64,000 nucleotides of DNA, taken from NCBI GenBank assembly GCA_964387845.1, contig CAYLXA010000006.1, positions 128,001-192,000 on the forward strand, read 5' to 3'. Each line of letters opens with the position of its first letter. Position 1 is the first letter of the stretch. This document shows, in pieces, positions 40,404 to 49,470 of this stretch. Both the position numbers and the translations under genes were made by a program. This DNA is from an uncultured bacterium. Lineage in GTDB: Bacteria > Omnitrophota > Omnitrophia > Omnitrophales > Abzuiibacteriaceae. The notes under the pieces are model-generated. The model searched no databases. It saw only the letters and a program-made list of their open reading frames with translations, and was not told the origin of the DNA.

Positions 40404-40834
40404 TTTATTTGGGGCTTGATTACGGCGAAAAACGGATCGGCGTTGCATGTTCGGATGAAACCGGATTAATCGCGGAGCCGCTTGGTTTTATCGAAGTGAC
40501 CGGATTTAAAAAGGTCAAGGCCGAGCTTAAGAAATATTTGAGCGAGATGCGCGCAGAACAAATTGTGGTAGGGCTTCCGGTTACGACTAAAAACGAAATC
40601 GGAAAACAGGCAACGGTCGTACTTGAATTTGTTGCCAAACTGAAAAAAGAGCTGCCGTGTGAAATTGTCACATGGGATGAGCGGTTTACGACCAAAGAAG
40701 CGGATCGCGTTTTGCGCGAAACGGAGACTGCCATTCGTGACCGGAAAGCCCGGCGAGATGCGCTGGCAGCGCAATTCATGCTTCAAAATTTTCTCGATTT
40801 TCAAAGGATGAAAAGTACAAATGTATCAAATTAG
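40400..40834 (+). CDS. ruvX: putative pre-16S rRNA nuclease / Holliday junction resolvase-like YqgF
   Basis: N-terminus YLGLDYGEKRIGVACSD and the overall 144-aa RNase H-like YqgF pattern. ATGA overlap with trpA. Confidence 0.8.
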   Translation: MIYLGLDYGEKRIGVACSDETGLIAEPLGFIEVTGFKKVKAELKKYLSEMRAEQIVVGLPVTTKNEIGKQATVVLEFVAKLKKELPCEIVTWDERFTTKEADRVLRETETAIRDRKARRDALAAQFMLQNFLDFQRMKSTNVSN

Positions 40835-42092
40835 CAAACTGGGTAACGGTGCACGGATTCTGACGGTTAACCTCGAGAACCGGAACTCGGTTGGGATGGG
40901 AATTTGGGTCAAAGTCGGTGCGCGTTTTGAGCCGCAACGGATTTCTGGTGTCTCGCACTGCCTTGAACACATGCTGTTCAAAGGGACGAAACACCGCTCG
41001 ACGCAAAAAATTAAAGCCGATGTCGAAGGCGTGGGCGGCATGCTGAATGCTTTTACCGGGGAGGAATCGACGTGTTATTTCGTTAAAATCATGAAGGATC
41101 ACGCCAATCGCGCGTTCGATGTATTGGCTGATATGATGAATCACGCGACGCTGGATGCAAAGGAGCTCGAAAAAGAGCGGACGGTTATTTTGGAAGAAAT
41201 TAAAATGTATTTGGATCTGCCGTCTCATCATGTGCATGAGCTCATGGGCGAACTTTTGTGGCCCGAGCAGTCGCTCGGCCGGCCGATCGCGGGATCTGTT
41301 GATACCGTGTCGCGCTTGACGCAATCGGAGCTCAAGACGTTTCGGGATAAATATTATCACCCGCGCAATCTCCTGATTTCGTTTTCGGGCGAAGTGCCCC
41401 ATGACGAAGTCTGCGCAAGAGTGGGAGAATATTTCGGAAACCGGAAATCAAGAGACAGTTCAAAATTTGAGCCTTCCAAATCAATTCAGAAAAGCCCGCG
41501 GTTCCGTTTCATTAATAAAAAGACCGAGCAAATGCATTTTGTGGTCGGGTTTCACGGCCTCTCGCGCAATGACCCCGACCGGTATAAACTTGCGGTTTTG
41601 AATGTGATTTTAGGAGCCAATATGAGCTCGCGGTTATTTGAAGAGGTCCGCGAAAAGCGCGGGCTTGCGTATGAAATCCGCTCAAGTTTAAGTTTTTATG
41701 AAGACGCAGGCGCTATCACGGTTTCGGCAGGCGTTGAGCCTAAAAAGGCGGTGCTGGCCACGCATGTCATCATGCGAGAGCTGCGGCGCCTGAAGCACGG
41801 TTTGGTTTCAAAGGGCGAGCTTCAGCGTGCGAAAGATTATTTTGTCGGTAATTTTTTCCTCGGCCTTGAAGACACGCTCGATCATATGCTTTGGCTCGGT
41901 GACCGCATGATTTACCGGGACGATCTTCCCAATCAGGAAGAGATTTGCGCTAAAATCCAGTCAGTCACGAGTGACGATGTTCGGAGTCTTGCGAATAAGA
42001 TTTTTAGAACCAAAAATTTAAATTATTCATTGATAGGGTCTTATAACGGCCGCTTTGAAAAACAAATCGAACGGGAGTGTCATTGTGACTAA
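40821..42092 (+). CDS. M16-family zinc peptidase (pitrilysin-like)
   Basis: Inverted zinc motif HxxEH (GVSHCLEHMLFKGT) and downstream EE (ILEEIKM). Confidence 0.8.
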   Translation: MYQISKLGNGARILTVNLENRNSVGMGIWVKVGARFEPQRISGVSHCLEHMLFKGTKHRSTQKIKADVEGVGGMLNAFTGEESTCYFVKIMKDHANRAFDVLADMMNHATLDAKELEKERTVILEEIKMYLDLPSHHVHELMGELLWPEQSLGRPIAGSVDTVSRLTQSELKTFRDKYYHPRNLLISFSGEVPHDEVCARVGEYFGNRKSRDSSKFEPSKSIQKSPRFRFINKKTEQMHFVVGFHGLSRNDPDRYKLAVLNVILGANMSSRLFEEVREKRGLAYEIRSSLSFYEDAGAITVSAGVEPKKAVLATHVIMRELRRLKHGLVSKGELQRAKDYFVGNFFLGLEDTLDHMLWLGDRMIYRDDLPNQEEICAKIQSVTSDDVRSLANKIFRTKNLNYSLIGSYNGRFEKQIERECHCD

Positions 42093-42741
42093 AAAACCGG
42101 ATTATTTGATCGCACCGAGCATTTTGTCAGCCGATTTCAGCAAGCTGGGCTCCGAAATTTCGGAAGTTGAAAAAGCAGGCTGCGATATCATCCATGTCGA
42201 TGTGATGGACGGTCATTTTGTTCCGAATTTGACCATCGGTCCTGTCGTGATTTCCTGGATCCGCAAGATCACGAAATTGCCGCTTGATGTCCATTTGATG
42301 ATTGACGAGCCGATCCGTTACGTCAACGAATTCCGGAAAGCCGGCTCAGATTGGATCACGGTGCACGTCGAAGCGTGCAAGGATGTCAAAAAGACGCTCA
42401 AAGAAATTAAAAATTTAGGCGCCCGATGCGGAATTTCGCTTCGGCCCAAAACACCGCTGAGTGCGATTGAACCGTATCTGGCCGATCTTGATTTGGTGCT
42501 GGTCATGACCGTAGAGCCCGGCTTCGGCGGCCAAAGTTTCATGCCGGACATGATGGATAAAGTCCGGATGCTCAAAAAACAGTTCAAAGGGCATATTTCG
42601 GTAGACGGAGGTATTAGCGCCGAGACCATTCAGGTGACGCGGGATGCCGGCGCTAGCGTGTTTGTCGCAGGCAGCGCGATTTTCGGCGGTTCCGACCGGA
42701 AGCAAAAAGTCGCCGAACTTCGCCGCGCTCTCGAGTCGTGA
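42055..42741 (+). CDS. rpe: ribulose-phosphate 3-epimerase
   Basis: IAPSILSADFSKLG, HVDVMDGHFVPNLT, VMTVEPGFGGQ. The true start may be the GTG at 42085. Confidence 0.9.
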   Translation: MKNKSNGSVIVTKKPDYLIAPSILSADFSKLGSEISEVEKAGCDIIHVDVMDGHFVPNLTIGPVVISWIRKITKLPLDVHLMIDEPIRYVNEFRKAGSDWITVHVEACKDVKKTLKEIKNLGARCGISLRPKTPLSAIEPYLADLDLVLVMTVEPGFGGQSFMPDMMDKVRMLKKQFKGHISVDGGISAETIQVTRDAGASVFVAGSAIFGGSDRKQKVAELRRALES

Positions 42742-42745
42742 TGTA

Positions 42746-44530
42746 ATGGACCCTGCCAAGATCCGCAATTTTTCCATCATTGCACATATTGATCACGGCA
42801 AGTCTACGCTCGCAGACCGCTTCTTGCTGATCACCAAGGCGATTTCAGCGCGTGAATTTCAGGCACAGTTTTTGGATGATATGGATTTGGAGCGCGAGCG
42901 CGGCATCACGATCAAGGCGCGGACGGTGCGGATTAAATACAAAAATCATCTCATTAATCTTATCGATACGCCGGGCCACATTGATTTTACCTACGAAGTT
43001 TCAAAGAGCCTTTCTGCTTGCGAAGGCGTCTTGCTTCTGGTGGATGCATCGCAGGGGATCCAGGCGCAAACCATCACGAATTTATATTTGGCGCTCGAAG
43101 CCAATCTGGTGATTATTCCGGTTATTACGAAAATCGATCTGCCGAATGCGGATTTGGAAAAGACAAAGCATGAAATTGAAAAATTGACATCCATTTCCGA
43201 GAAAGAAATTCTGATTTGCAGCGCAAAATCAGGGGAGGGCGTTGAAGAAATTTTAAATGCGATTATTGAGCGTATTCCGCCGCCGACCGGAAATGCCCAA
43301 GCGCCTGCCAAGGCATTGATTTTTGATTCGAAATATGATTCCTACAAAGGGGTTTTGATTTATATGCGCGTGATGGACGGAAAGTTTGAGCTCAAACAAA
43401 AAAGCCGGATGATGGGAACCGGGTTTGCTTATGATATTGAAGAGCTCGGCGTTTTTAATCCGCACATGGAGGCTGTCGGCGAGCTCGGTGTCGGCGAGGT
43501 GGGTTATATGGGCGGCAGCATCAAGGATGTGACGCATGTGCGCGTTGGGGACACGCTCACGCTTGACAATAATCCTTGCGCAGAACCGCTGCCCGGATAC
43601 AAGCCGGTCCAGCACATGGTTTTTTGCGGCCTTTATCCGATTAATTCCAAGGATTACATACCCCTGCGCGAAGCTTTGGATAAATTAAGGTTGAATGATT
43701 CTTCATTTTCGTATGAACCGGAAACATCGGCGTCGCTCGGCCTCGGTTTTCGCTGCGGCTTTTTGGGGCTTTTGCATATGGATGTTATTCGCGAGAGGCT
43801 TGAGCGCGAGTTTAATCTCAGCTTGCTCATTACCGCACCCAACGTGATGTATCAGATCATGAAAACAAACGGCGAAATTATGACGCTCGACAATCCCACC
43901 AAGATGCCTGCGCCGCAACACATCGAATCGATGGATGAGCCGTTCATTCGTGCGCGGATTCTGCTACCCACAGCTTCGCTTGGCGCTGTCATGAAGTTGT
44001 GTCAGGAGCGGCGTGGTGATTACAAAGGAACGGAATATTTGGATCCGACACGCGCGATGTTGACTTATGAAATTCCGTTCTCCGAAGTTCTCATTGATTT
44101 TTATGACAAAATTAAATCACTGACGAGCGGTTATGGCTCGCTCAACTATGAGCTGATCGGCTATAAACCCTCAGAGCTTGTGAAATTAGATATATTGATC
44201 AACAGCGAACCGGTCGATGCATTATCCACGATCACGGTCCGCGAAAAAGCGTATTTTCGCGGCAAGGCGCTGGTTGAAAAATTAAAAGAAGTGATCCCGC
44301 GTCAATTATTTGAAGTGGTGATTCAAGCCGCGATTGGTTCCAAGATCATTGCACGCGATTCTCTCCGAGCGATGGGAAAAAACGTGACGGCCAAATGTTA
44401 CGGCGGTGATATTACGCGAAAGCGAAAATTGTGGGAACGTCAGAAAGAAGGCAAGAAGCGCATGAAGCGCATCGGGCATGTGGATTTGCCGCAGGAAGCG
44501 TTTATTTCTATTTTAAAAATTGAAGGATAA
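42746..44530 (+). CDS. lepA: elongation factor 4 (LepA)
   Basis: IRNFSIIAHIDHGKSTL G-domain, and the LepA-specific C-terminal domain. Start placed at MDPAKIRNF. The track ORF extends upstream into rpe. Confidence 0.9.
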   Translation: MDPAKIRNFSIIAHIDHGKSTLADRFLLITKAISAREFQAQFLDDMDLERERGITIKARTVRIKYKNHLINLIDTPGHIDFTYEVSKSLSACEGVLLLVDASQGIQAQTITNLYLALEANLVIIPVITKIDLPNADLEKTKHEIEKLTSISEKEILICSAKSGEGVEEILNAIIERIPPPTGNAQAPAKALIFDSKYDSYKGVLIYMRVMDGKFELKQKSRMMGTGFAYDIEELGVFNPHMEAVGELGVGEVGYMGGSIKDVTHVRVGDTLTLDNNPCAEPLPGYKPVQHMVFCGLYPINSKDYIPLREALDKLRLNDSSFSYEPETSASLGLGFRCGFLGLLHMDVIRERLEREFNLSLLITAPNVMYQIMKTNGEIMTLDNPTKMPAPQHIESMDEPFIRARILLPTASLGAVMKLCQERRGDYKGTEYLDPTRAMLTYEIPFSEVLIDFYDKIKSLTSGYGSLNYELIGYKPSELVKLDILINSEPVDALSTITVREKAYFRGKALVEKLKEVIPRQLFEVVIQAAIGSKIIARDSLRAMGKNVTAKCYGGDITRKRKLWERQKEGKKRMKRIGHVDLPQEAFISILKIEG

Positions 44531-44535
44531 AAATA

Positions 44536-45174
44536 ATGCAAATCATCATCGGCTTCGCGGCCATTGCTATTTTGGTTTTGTACCGTAAACAAATTTTGGC
44601 AGATATTGCTTTTTTGAGATCCAAACCGAAAGAATGGCTGCGGCACAAATGGAAGGAGTGGGGCGAGCCGCTCGTGATCGCCGGTATTTTGGCTCTCGCC
44701 ATCCGCACGTATGTTATAGGCCCCTACAAAATTCCAACCGGCTCCATGCGGCCGACGTTAATGGAAGGTGACCGTATTTTTGTCGACAAAATCACTTACC
44801 GGTTCCGAGGGCCCGAGCGCGGCGAAATTGTCGTATTTAAATATCCGCTGGACCTGAAGAAAGATTTTGTGAAGCGTTTGGTTGCCTTTGGCGGTGAAAC
44901 GGTGGAAATCAGGGATGGAAATCTTTATGTTAACGGGAAAAAGCTCGACAGCGAGCCTTTAATTCAGGGCCGGTATTACTACAACCGTTCCGATTGGGAT
45001 TACGGCAAAGAAGGCCAGCTTGTGACCGTGCCGGAGGGGTCTTTATTTGTCCTTGGGGATAACAGTGCGCATTCAAGCGATAGCCGGAACTGGGGTTTTG
45101 TGCCCGAGAAGGATTTGGTCGGGCGAGCGGTGGTCATTTGGTGGCCGCCAAAGCGCGTCGGTTTTACTAAGTAG
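44536..45174 (+). CDS. lepB: signal peptidase I
   Basis: Catalytic Ser (PTGSMRPTL) and Lys (KRLVAFGGE) boxes, and GDNSAHSSDSRNWG. Classic lepA-lepB adjacency. Confidence 0.85.
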   Translation: MQIIIGFAAIAILVLYRKQILADIAFLRSKPKEWLRHKWKEWGEPLVIAGILALAIRTYVIGPYKIPTGSMRPTLMEGDRIFVDKITYRFRGPERGEIVVFKYPLDLKKDFVKRLVAFGGETVEIRDGNLYVNGKKLDSEPLIQGRYYYNRSDWDYGKEGQLVTVPEGSLFVLGDNSAHSSDSRNWGFVPEKDLVGRAVVIWWPPKRVGFTK

Positions 45175-45317
45175 GCTCACCAGTCTTCTTGCCGCAAAAT
45201 TATTACGATTCTCTATTAATATTTCCGGTATGCTGCCGTTAAGTAATACCACAACGCTTTTATTGAAAACCAACGTTTATTTTATAAAGATTTATCACAT
45301 AAAAAGGAGTTCACAGT

Positions 45318-45896
45318 ATGGCCCAAGAAGAATTGTTTAAGGATGATTCGAGCGCATGGCAAACCGCAAACCGCACTTCATTTTTTTCAACCAAGCAATG
45401 GACCATCGGCCTCGATAAAATTATTCTTCTGATGATTGTGACCATGATTTTCTTCGTCCTGTCTTATTCTTTCGGTTATGAGCGCGGCCGCCATTCTATG
45501 GAAGAGAAAATGCGGGAACTGACCAAGCAAATCGAAACACTTCCCGTGGTTCCCGAACCGCAGCAAATAGTTGTTCAAGAGGATGCTCCTGAAAACGCGC
45601 AGGTCTCACCGGCCTTAAGCGCCCCCGAAACTGCTTCTGACGCGCAAGCCATTGATCTCCAAAACGGCAAGTACACCATTCAACTTGCTACTGTTTTACA
45701 AAAGGACCGTGCGGAAGAACAGATCAAATCACTCGAGAAAAAAGGGATTAAAGCATTCATTTTAGTTCGTGGGAAGTACTATGAAATCTGTTCCGGTTCT
45801 TTCGCAACCGCTAGCAGCGCAAAAGGGCCGCTCAATCAGATTCATTCCGAAGGCCGTTTTTCGGATGCTTTCATCCGCCCGCTTCCGCAAGCGTAG
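45318..45896 (+). CDS. SPOR-domain (peptidoglycan-binding) membrane protein
   Basis: N-terminal TM helix and a C-terminal SPOR-like alpha/beta domain (YTIQLATVLQKDRAEEQIKSLEKKGIKAFIL...YYEICSGSFATASSAK). Good RBS AAAAAGGAG. Confidence 0.6.
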   Translation: MAQEELFKDDSSAWQTANRTSFFSTKQWTIGLDKIILLMIVTMIFFVLSYSFGYERGRHSMEEKMRELTKQIETLPVVPEPQQIVVQEDAPENAQVSPALSAPETASDAQAIDLQNGKYTIQLATVLQKDRAEEQIKSLEKKGIKAFILVRGKYYEICSGSFATASSAKGPLNQIHSEGRFSDAFIRPLPQA

Positions 45897-46003
45897 TCCG
45901 GACAGTTTATTTTTAGCTTATTTTAAGCCGAAATATACCTAGCCAACCTCTGAGTTCCTGAGTATAATAACCTCCGTTATTTCATTTTTTTAAGGAGAAA
46001 AGC

Positions 46004-46285
46004 ATGTCGCAGCATACCAGTTTAAAAGTGGCTAGTGTCGGTAAAAAACATCGAAATGTGTTGAAGCGCTATGAGCGGATCAAGCGTCTCAAGGAAACCG
46101 AAAAATGGGGCGGTCGCCAATCTGCCTATGGTCTTCCAAAGATTAAATCGATGAAAATCAAGGTCCGCAAAGCTAAATCTGAGAAGGCGGAAGAAGCAGA
46201 GGGCGCAGCAGGAACTGCTGCAGCGCCGGCAAAAGCAGCCGCACCAGCAGCTCCCGCGGCAAAAGCAAAAGCACCGGCAAAATAA
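46004..46285 (+). CDS. small basic histone-H1-like protein with Ala/Pro/Lys-rich tail
   Basis: 93-aa ORF with strong RBS (TAAGGAGAAAAGC ATG). N-terminal half is rich in K/R. C-terminus is AAGTAAAPAKAAAPAAPAAKAKAPAK. The nested minus-strand ORFs here are mirror artefacts of the GC-rich repeat. Confidence 0.45.
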   Translation: MSQHTSLKVASVGKKHRNVLKRYERIKRLKETEKWGGRQSAYGLPKIKSMKIKVRKAKSEKAEEAEGAAGTAAAPAKAAAPAAPAAKAKAPAK

Positions 46286-46296
46286 CACGTTGACTC

Positions 46297-46764
46297 ATGG
46301 TCAAAATCCGAAAGTTTCAATCCGGGGATGAGCAGGCGGTTAAAGATCTGATTGCTGGAATCATGAATCAGGAATTTCCGCAGAGTTTGTCGGCTTTTCC
46401 GCTGGATGACCTCAACCACATTCAGGATGTTTATGGAAAGCTCGGAGAAGCTTTTTTTGTTGCTGAGAATAGCCATAAAATCATCGGAACGGTTGGAGTT
46501 AAACGCGAAGATGACCGGATTGCGCTTTTAAGGCGCATCTTTGTCGCGCCGGAATATCGAAAGCAGAAAATCGGTATCCAATTAGTAGAGCGCGCAATCG
46601 AGTTCTGTCAGGAAGTCGGTTATCAAGAAGTTGTATTTAAAAGTTCTTCGAAGATGGACGGCGCTATCCGGCTTTGCCAAAAAAAAGGATTCCACCAACG
46701 CGCCAAGCTGGAAATGGGCGGTATGGAATTGTTGAAATTTGTTCTGGCCTTCAATCACAGTTAA
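46297..46764 (+). CDS. GNAT-family N-acetyltransferase
   Basis: Acetyl-CoA binding motif RRIFVAPEYRKQKIGIQLVERAIEF. Confidence 0.7.
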   Translation: MVKIRKFQSGDEQAVKDLIAGIMNQEFPQSLSAFPLDDLNHIQDVYGKLGEAFFVAENSHKIIGTVGVKREDDRIALLRRIFVAPEYRKQKIGIQLVERAIEFCQEVGYQEVVFKSSSKMDGAIRLCQKKGFHQRAKLEMGGMELLKFVLAFNHS

Positions 46765-46820
46765 ATTAAAGCGTATCCGCCGAGCTGCATCCCGCATTCA
46801 TCATTATTGAGACCAAAAAG

Positions 46821-47681
46821 TTGGATATCAGCATGTGGTTTTCGAAGCAAAAAGAAAAAGACGAGCCGCTTAAAGTACTGAAAGAAAGAGAAATTCAGGA
46901 AAAGCTTTACGGCCGCTTCCGTAAGCCGTATCCCGAAACGGTTTCCGGCGATGCCAATTCCGGCATGCCGGAGAATCAGACGGCGACTATCACCGCGCAG
47001 CCAAAACCCGCAATTTCGATAGAGCCGCCAAAACCAAAAGAAGCAAGCCAGTCCAGGCCTTCAATTAATTCTACGTATCAAACCAAAACGTCAGCCGCGT
47101 CTGAAAGTTACCGTCAGGCCGCAATTCCGCGATCGAGCCGCTCACTCCGGATTTTGAATATTCCGGTTATGATCAAGCTTTTAGGTTTCGTCGTTTTGAG
47201 CATCGTGGTTTTCTTTGCTGCTTGGTGGTTTGCTATCCAGTTTCATCGCAGCAAGTCGCCTGTGAACGAACAGCCGGTACGCGAAGGGGTTTCAACGCTC
47301 GTGGCACCCGCGCCGCAAGCGTATTCAGGAAAGCCCTCCTCATCCGAAACGGCGTCACGGGTCGATCAAATTGAAAAAGTCGAGCCCGCATCTGGCAGTC
47401 CAAGTGCGAACGAGCCGGCACTGCCTAGCAACTTTTACTCAATTCAGATCTGTACCTACTATTCGGAATCCGATGCCAACAAATTAATCGAAGAAATGAA
47501 GGCGCTCAATATTCCTGCCTTTCACCGGACGTCGGGAATCCGGGGATCTGATTCCAAGTTGCATATGGTGATGCTGGGTAAAGATGCCACATTCCAAGAA
47601 GCGCAAAAGCGGCTGGAGCAATTTCAAAAAACCGAAATTTCTAAAAAGTTTCTTGATGCATACGTGAGGAGGGTGTCGTAA
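46821..47681 (+). CDS. SPOR-like domain membrane protein
   Basis: Ser/Pro-rich N-terminal region, a TM helix (LLGFVVLSIVVFFAAWWFAI), and a C-terminal SPOR-like domain (FYSIQICTYYSESDANKLIEEMKALNIPAFH). Confidence 0.5.
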   Translation: MDISMWFSKQKEKDEPLKVLKEREIQEKLYGRFRKPYPETVSGDANSGMPENQTATITAQPKPAISIEPPKPKEASQSRPSINSTYQTKTSAASESYRQAAIPRSSRSLRILNIPVMIKLLGFVVLSIVVFFAAWWFAIQFHRSKSPVNEQPVREGVSTLVAPAPQAYSGKPSSSETASRVDQIEKVEPASGSPSANEPALPSNFYSIQICTYYSESDANKLIEEMKALNIPAFHRTSGIRGSDSKLHMVMLGKDATFQEAQKRLEQFQKTEISKKFLDAYVRRVS

Positions 47682-48043
47682 TGTGGGCGGGGCTTGAGAG
47701 CAGAAAGTTTCCTAGAGTAAAGGCGAGTTGTAAAATATTTCTTCAGCACGGATCGGACGTTCAGCCGGTGAAAGCGTCGACTGAAAATTTGGGCGCCGGC
47801 GGTCTGTGTATTTTTTTGGATCGTCCCCTCGATAAAATGTCGAACGTCAAAATAGAACTTGATTTACAAGACGGAAAAAATCCGATCCAATGTTCCGGCC
47901 GAGTGGTTTGGACGGTACGGAAGCGTTCGTTTAAGGCAGGCGAAGAGGGGCATGATATCGGAATAGAGTTTGTCAATTTGCCCGAGACGGATTTGAGCCG
48001 GATCTCCGCTCTAGTAAGCCGCACCGGCACTGCAAAAAAATAA
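47681..48043 (+). CDS. PilZ-domain protein (putative c-di-GMP receptor)
   Basis: PilZ signature RxxxR (RKFPRVK) and DxSxxG-like (NLGAGGLCIF). About 120 aa single domain. Start overlaps the upstream stop. Confidence 0.65.
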   Translation: MWAGLESRKFPRVKASCKIFLQHGSDVQPVKASTENLGAGGLCIFLDRPLDKMSNVKIELDLQDGKNPIQCSGRVVWTVRKRSFKAGEEGHDIGIEFVNLPETDLSRISALVSRTGTAKK

Positions 48044-48045
48044 CT

Positions 48046-48549
48046 ATGGGCAAAGAGTTTTCGTTCGATATTGTCTCCGAGGTTAATTTGCAAGAAGTGG
48101 ACAATGCCGTGAATCAGGCCATGAAAGAAATTCTCACTCGGTTTGATTTTAAGGGCAGTAAAAGTCAGATTGCGTTTAACCGCACGGAAAAAAAAGTCCA
48201 GCTAATTGCGGATGATGAAATGAAGATGCGGAATTTACGCGATGTTCTTTCCACCCGCCTAGCGAAACGGTCGATTTCAATGAAAGCACTCGATTACGGA
48301 ACCGAAGAGAAGGCGTTTGACGGCATGGTCCGCCAGGAGGCAAAACTAGTGGACGGTATTTCTCAGGAGCATGCGAAAGATATTGTCCGCCGGATCAAAG
48401 ATTTTAAGCTCAAAATCCAGCCGAGCATTCAGGGCGAGAGCGTTCGAGTGACCGGGAAAAGCAAAGACGATCTACAATTTATCATGCAGCAATTGAAAGC
48501 AAGCGACCTTACCATTCCGCTCCAATTCGCAAATTTTCGCGAGCATTAA
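48046..48549 (+). CDS. yajQ: YajQ-family (UPF0234) nucleotide-binding protein
   Basis: Full-length match to the YajQ pattern (FDIVSEVNLQEVDNAVNQA...RFDFKGS...IQLIADDE...). Confidence 0.85.
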   Translation: MGKEFSFDIVSEVNLQEVDNAVNQAMKEILTRFDFKGSKSQIAFNRTEKKVQLIADDEMKMRNLRDVLSTRLAKRSISMKALDYGTEEKAFDGMVRQEAKLVDGISQEHAKDIVRRIKDFKLKIQPSIQGESVRVTGKSKDDLQFIMQQLKASDLTIPLQFANFREH

Positions 48550-48701
48550 TCTCTTCTAAAAATCCCTGTTTTGAAGATTTTTTAACCCATCGAGATTTAA
48601 CTATCTCTTTGTAACTCTATTAAATACAAGAGCTTATACTGCGATAAAGTTAAAATAACTTTTATAAAACCGTTTATTAATAAAAAATGACCGCTTACCC
48701 C

Positions 48702-48729
48702 TTGCTTTCAGTAAAACACGTGTTATACT
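48702..48729 (+). promoter_or_regulatory. putative promoter with overlapping 10-nt palindrome in AT-rich spacer
   Basis: TTGCTT, a 16-nt spacer, then TATACT. The perfect palindrome AACACGTGTT (48715-48724) overlaps the spacer and -10 junction. Lies in the 324-nt AT-rich gap before the second PilZ gene. Confidence 0.3.
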
Positions 48730-48873
48730 TCTAATAACAGATAAAAATAAGCGTAACATATTGAAAATTAAGAAGTTACAAGAATAAACAATCTGTATAG
48801 CAAACGCGTAGAGCAGCCGAAATATAAAGGCCCGCATTGTTAAATTAAAATTGAAAAGGAAAATTGAAAAACC

Positions 48874-49314
48874 ATGAATTCGAATATTGAAGCAGTTGAT
48901 CAACACGGGAGGCGAGACATGTCAAAGGAGCGGCGAAGGTTTAAGCGTTTCGATGCTTATATGAGCGTTAAATGTGCGGTGCCGAGCAACGAAAATGCAA
49001 AAAATTATACGGTCGGTCTCACCAGAGATTTATCTCGTGATGGAATATGTTTGAGTACCAGCCAGCCTCTACCGAGCGGTTCGACCTTGAATATTGAAAT
49101 CGATATTCCGGATGATCCGCGGCCCATCTGCACTACGGGCAAAGTGATGTGGACTAAGAATGGAAATGCTGACGAGGGTAGTAATCACGGAATACGGTTC
49201 GTCAATATTGATCCTATCGATAAGTTTCGAGTTTTGGATTACGCTTACAACCATTGGCTTGAAACCAAAGTCAATGATTATGCGGACCCGGAGCAAGTAT
49301 CTGAATTAGGCTGA
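48874..49314 (+). CDS. PilZ-domain protein (putative c-di-GMP receptor)
   Basis: RxxxR (RRFKRFD) and DxSxxG (DLSRDGICL) PilZ signatures. About 146 aa. Confidence 0.65.
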   Translation: MNSNIEAVDQHGRRDMSKERRRFKRFDAYMSVKCAVPSNENAKNYTVGLTRDLSRDGICLSTSQPLPSGSTLNIEIDIPDDPRPICTTGKVMWTKNGNADEGSNHGIRFVNIDPIDKFRVLDYAYNHWLETKVNDYADPEQVSELG

Positions 49315-49332
49315 GCAACAATCTAGTTTTGC

Positions 49333-49369
49333 AAAAGAGCGTCTTATCCAAAGACGCTCTTTTGTTTTC
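49333..49369 (+). terminator. rho-independent terminator
   Basis: Perfect GC-containing hairpin AAAGAGCGTCTT / ATCCAA / AGACGCTCTTT followed by TTGTTTTCT, immediately after the second PilZ gene. Confidence 0.7.
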
Positions 49370-49470
49370 TGCATACCCCATCCTCACCCCTAAAATCCCT
49401 CTATTTCTCATCAGATCGGCCGATAAATTAGGAAAACAATTTATCTAAATGAATTAACCTTACAATAGCC

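Noticed and set aside
46022-46288. 88-aa Cys-rich minus-strand ORF opposite the histone-like gene
   Set aside because: It is a mirror-image artefact of the GCN-rich Ala/Pro/Lys repeat. The + strand ORF has the RBS and a sensible protein.
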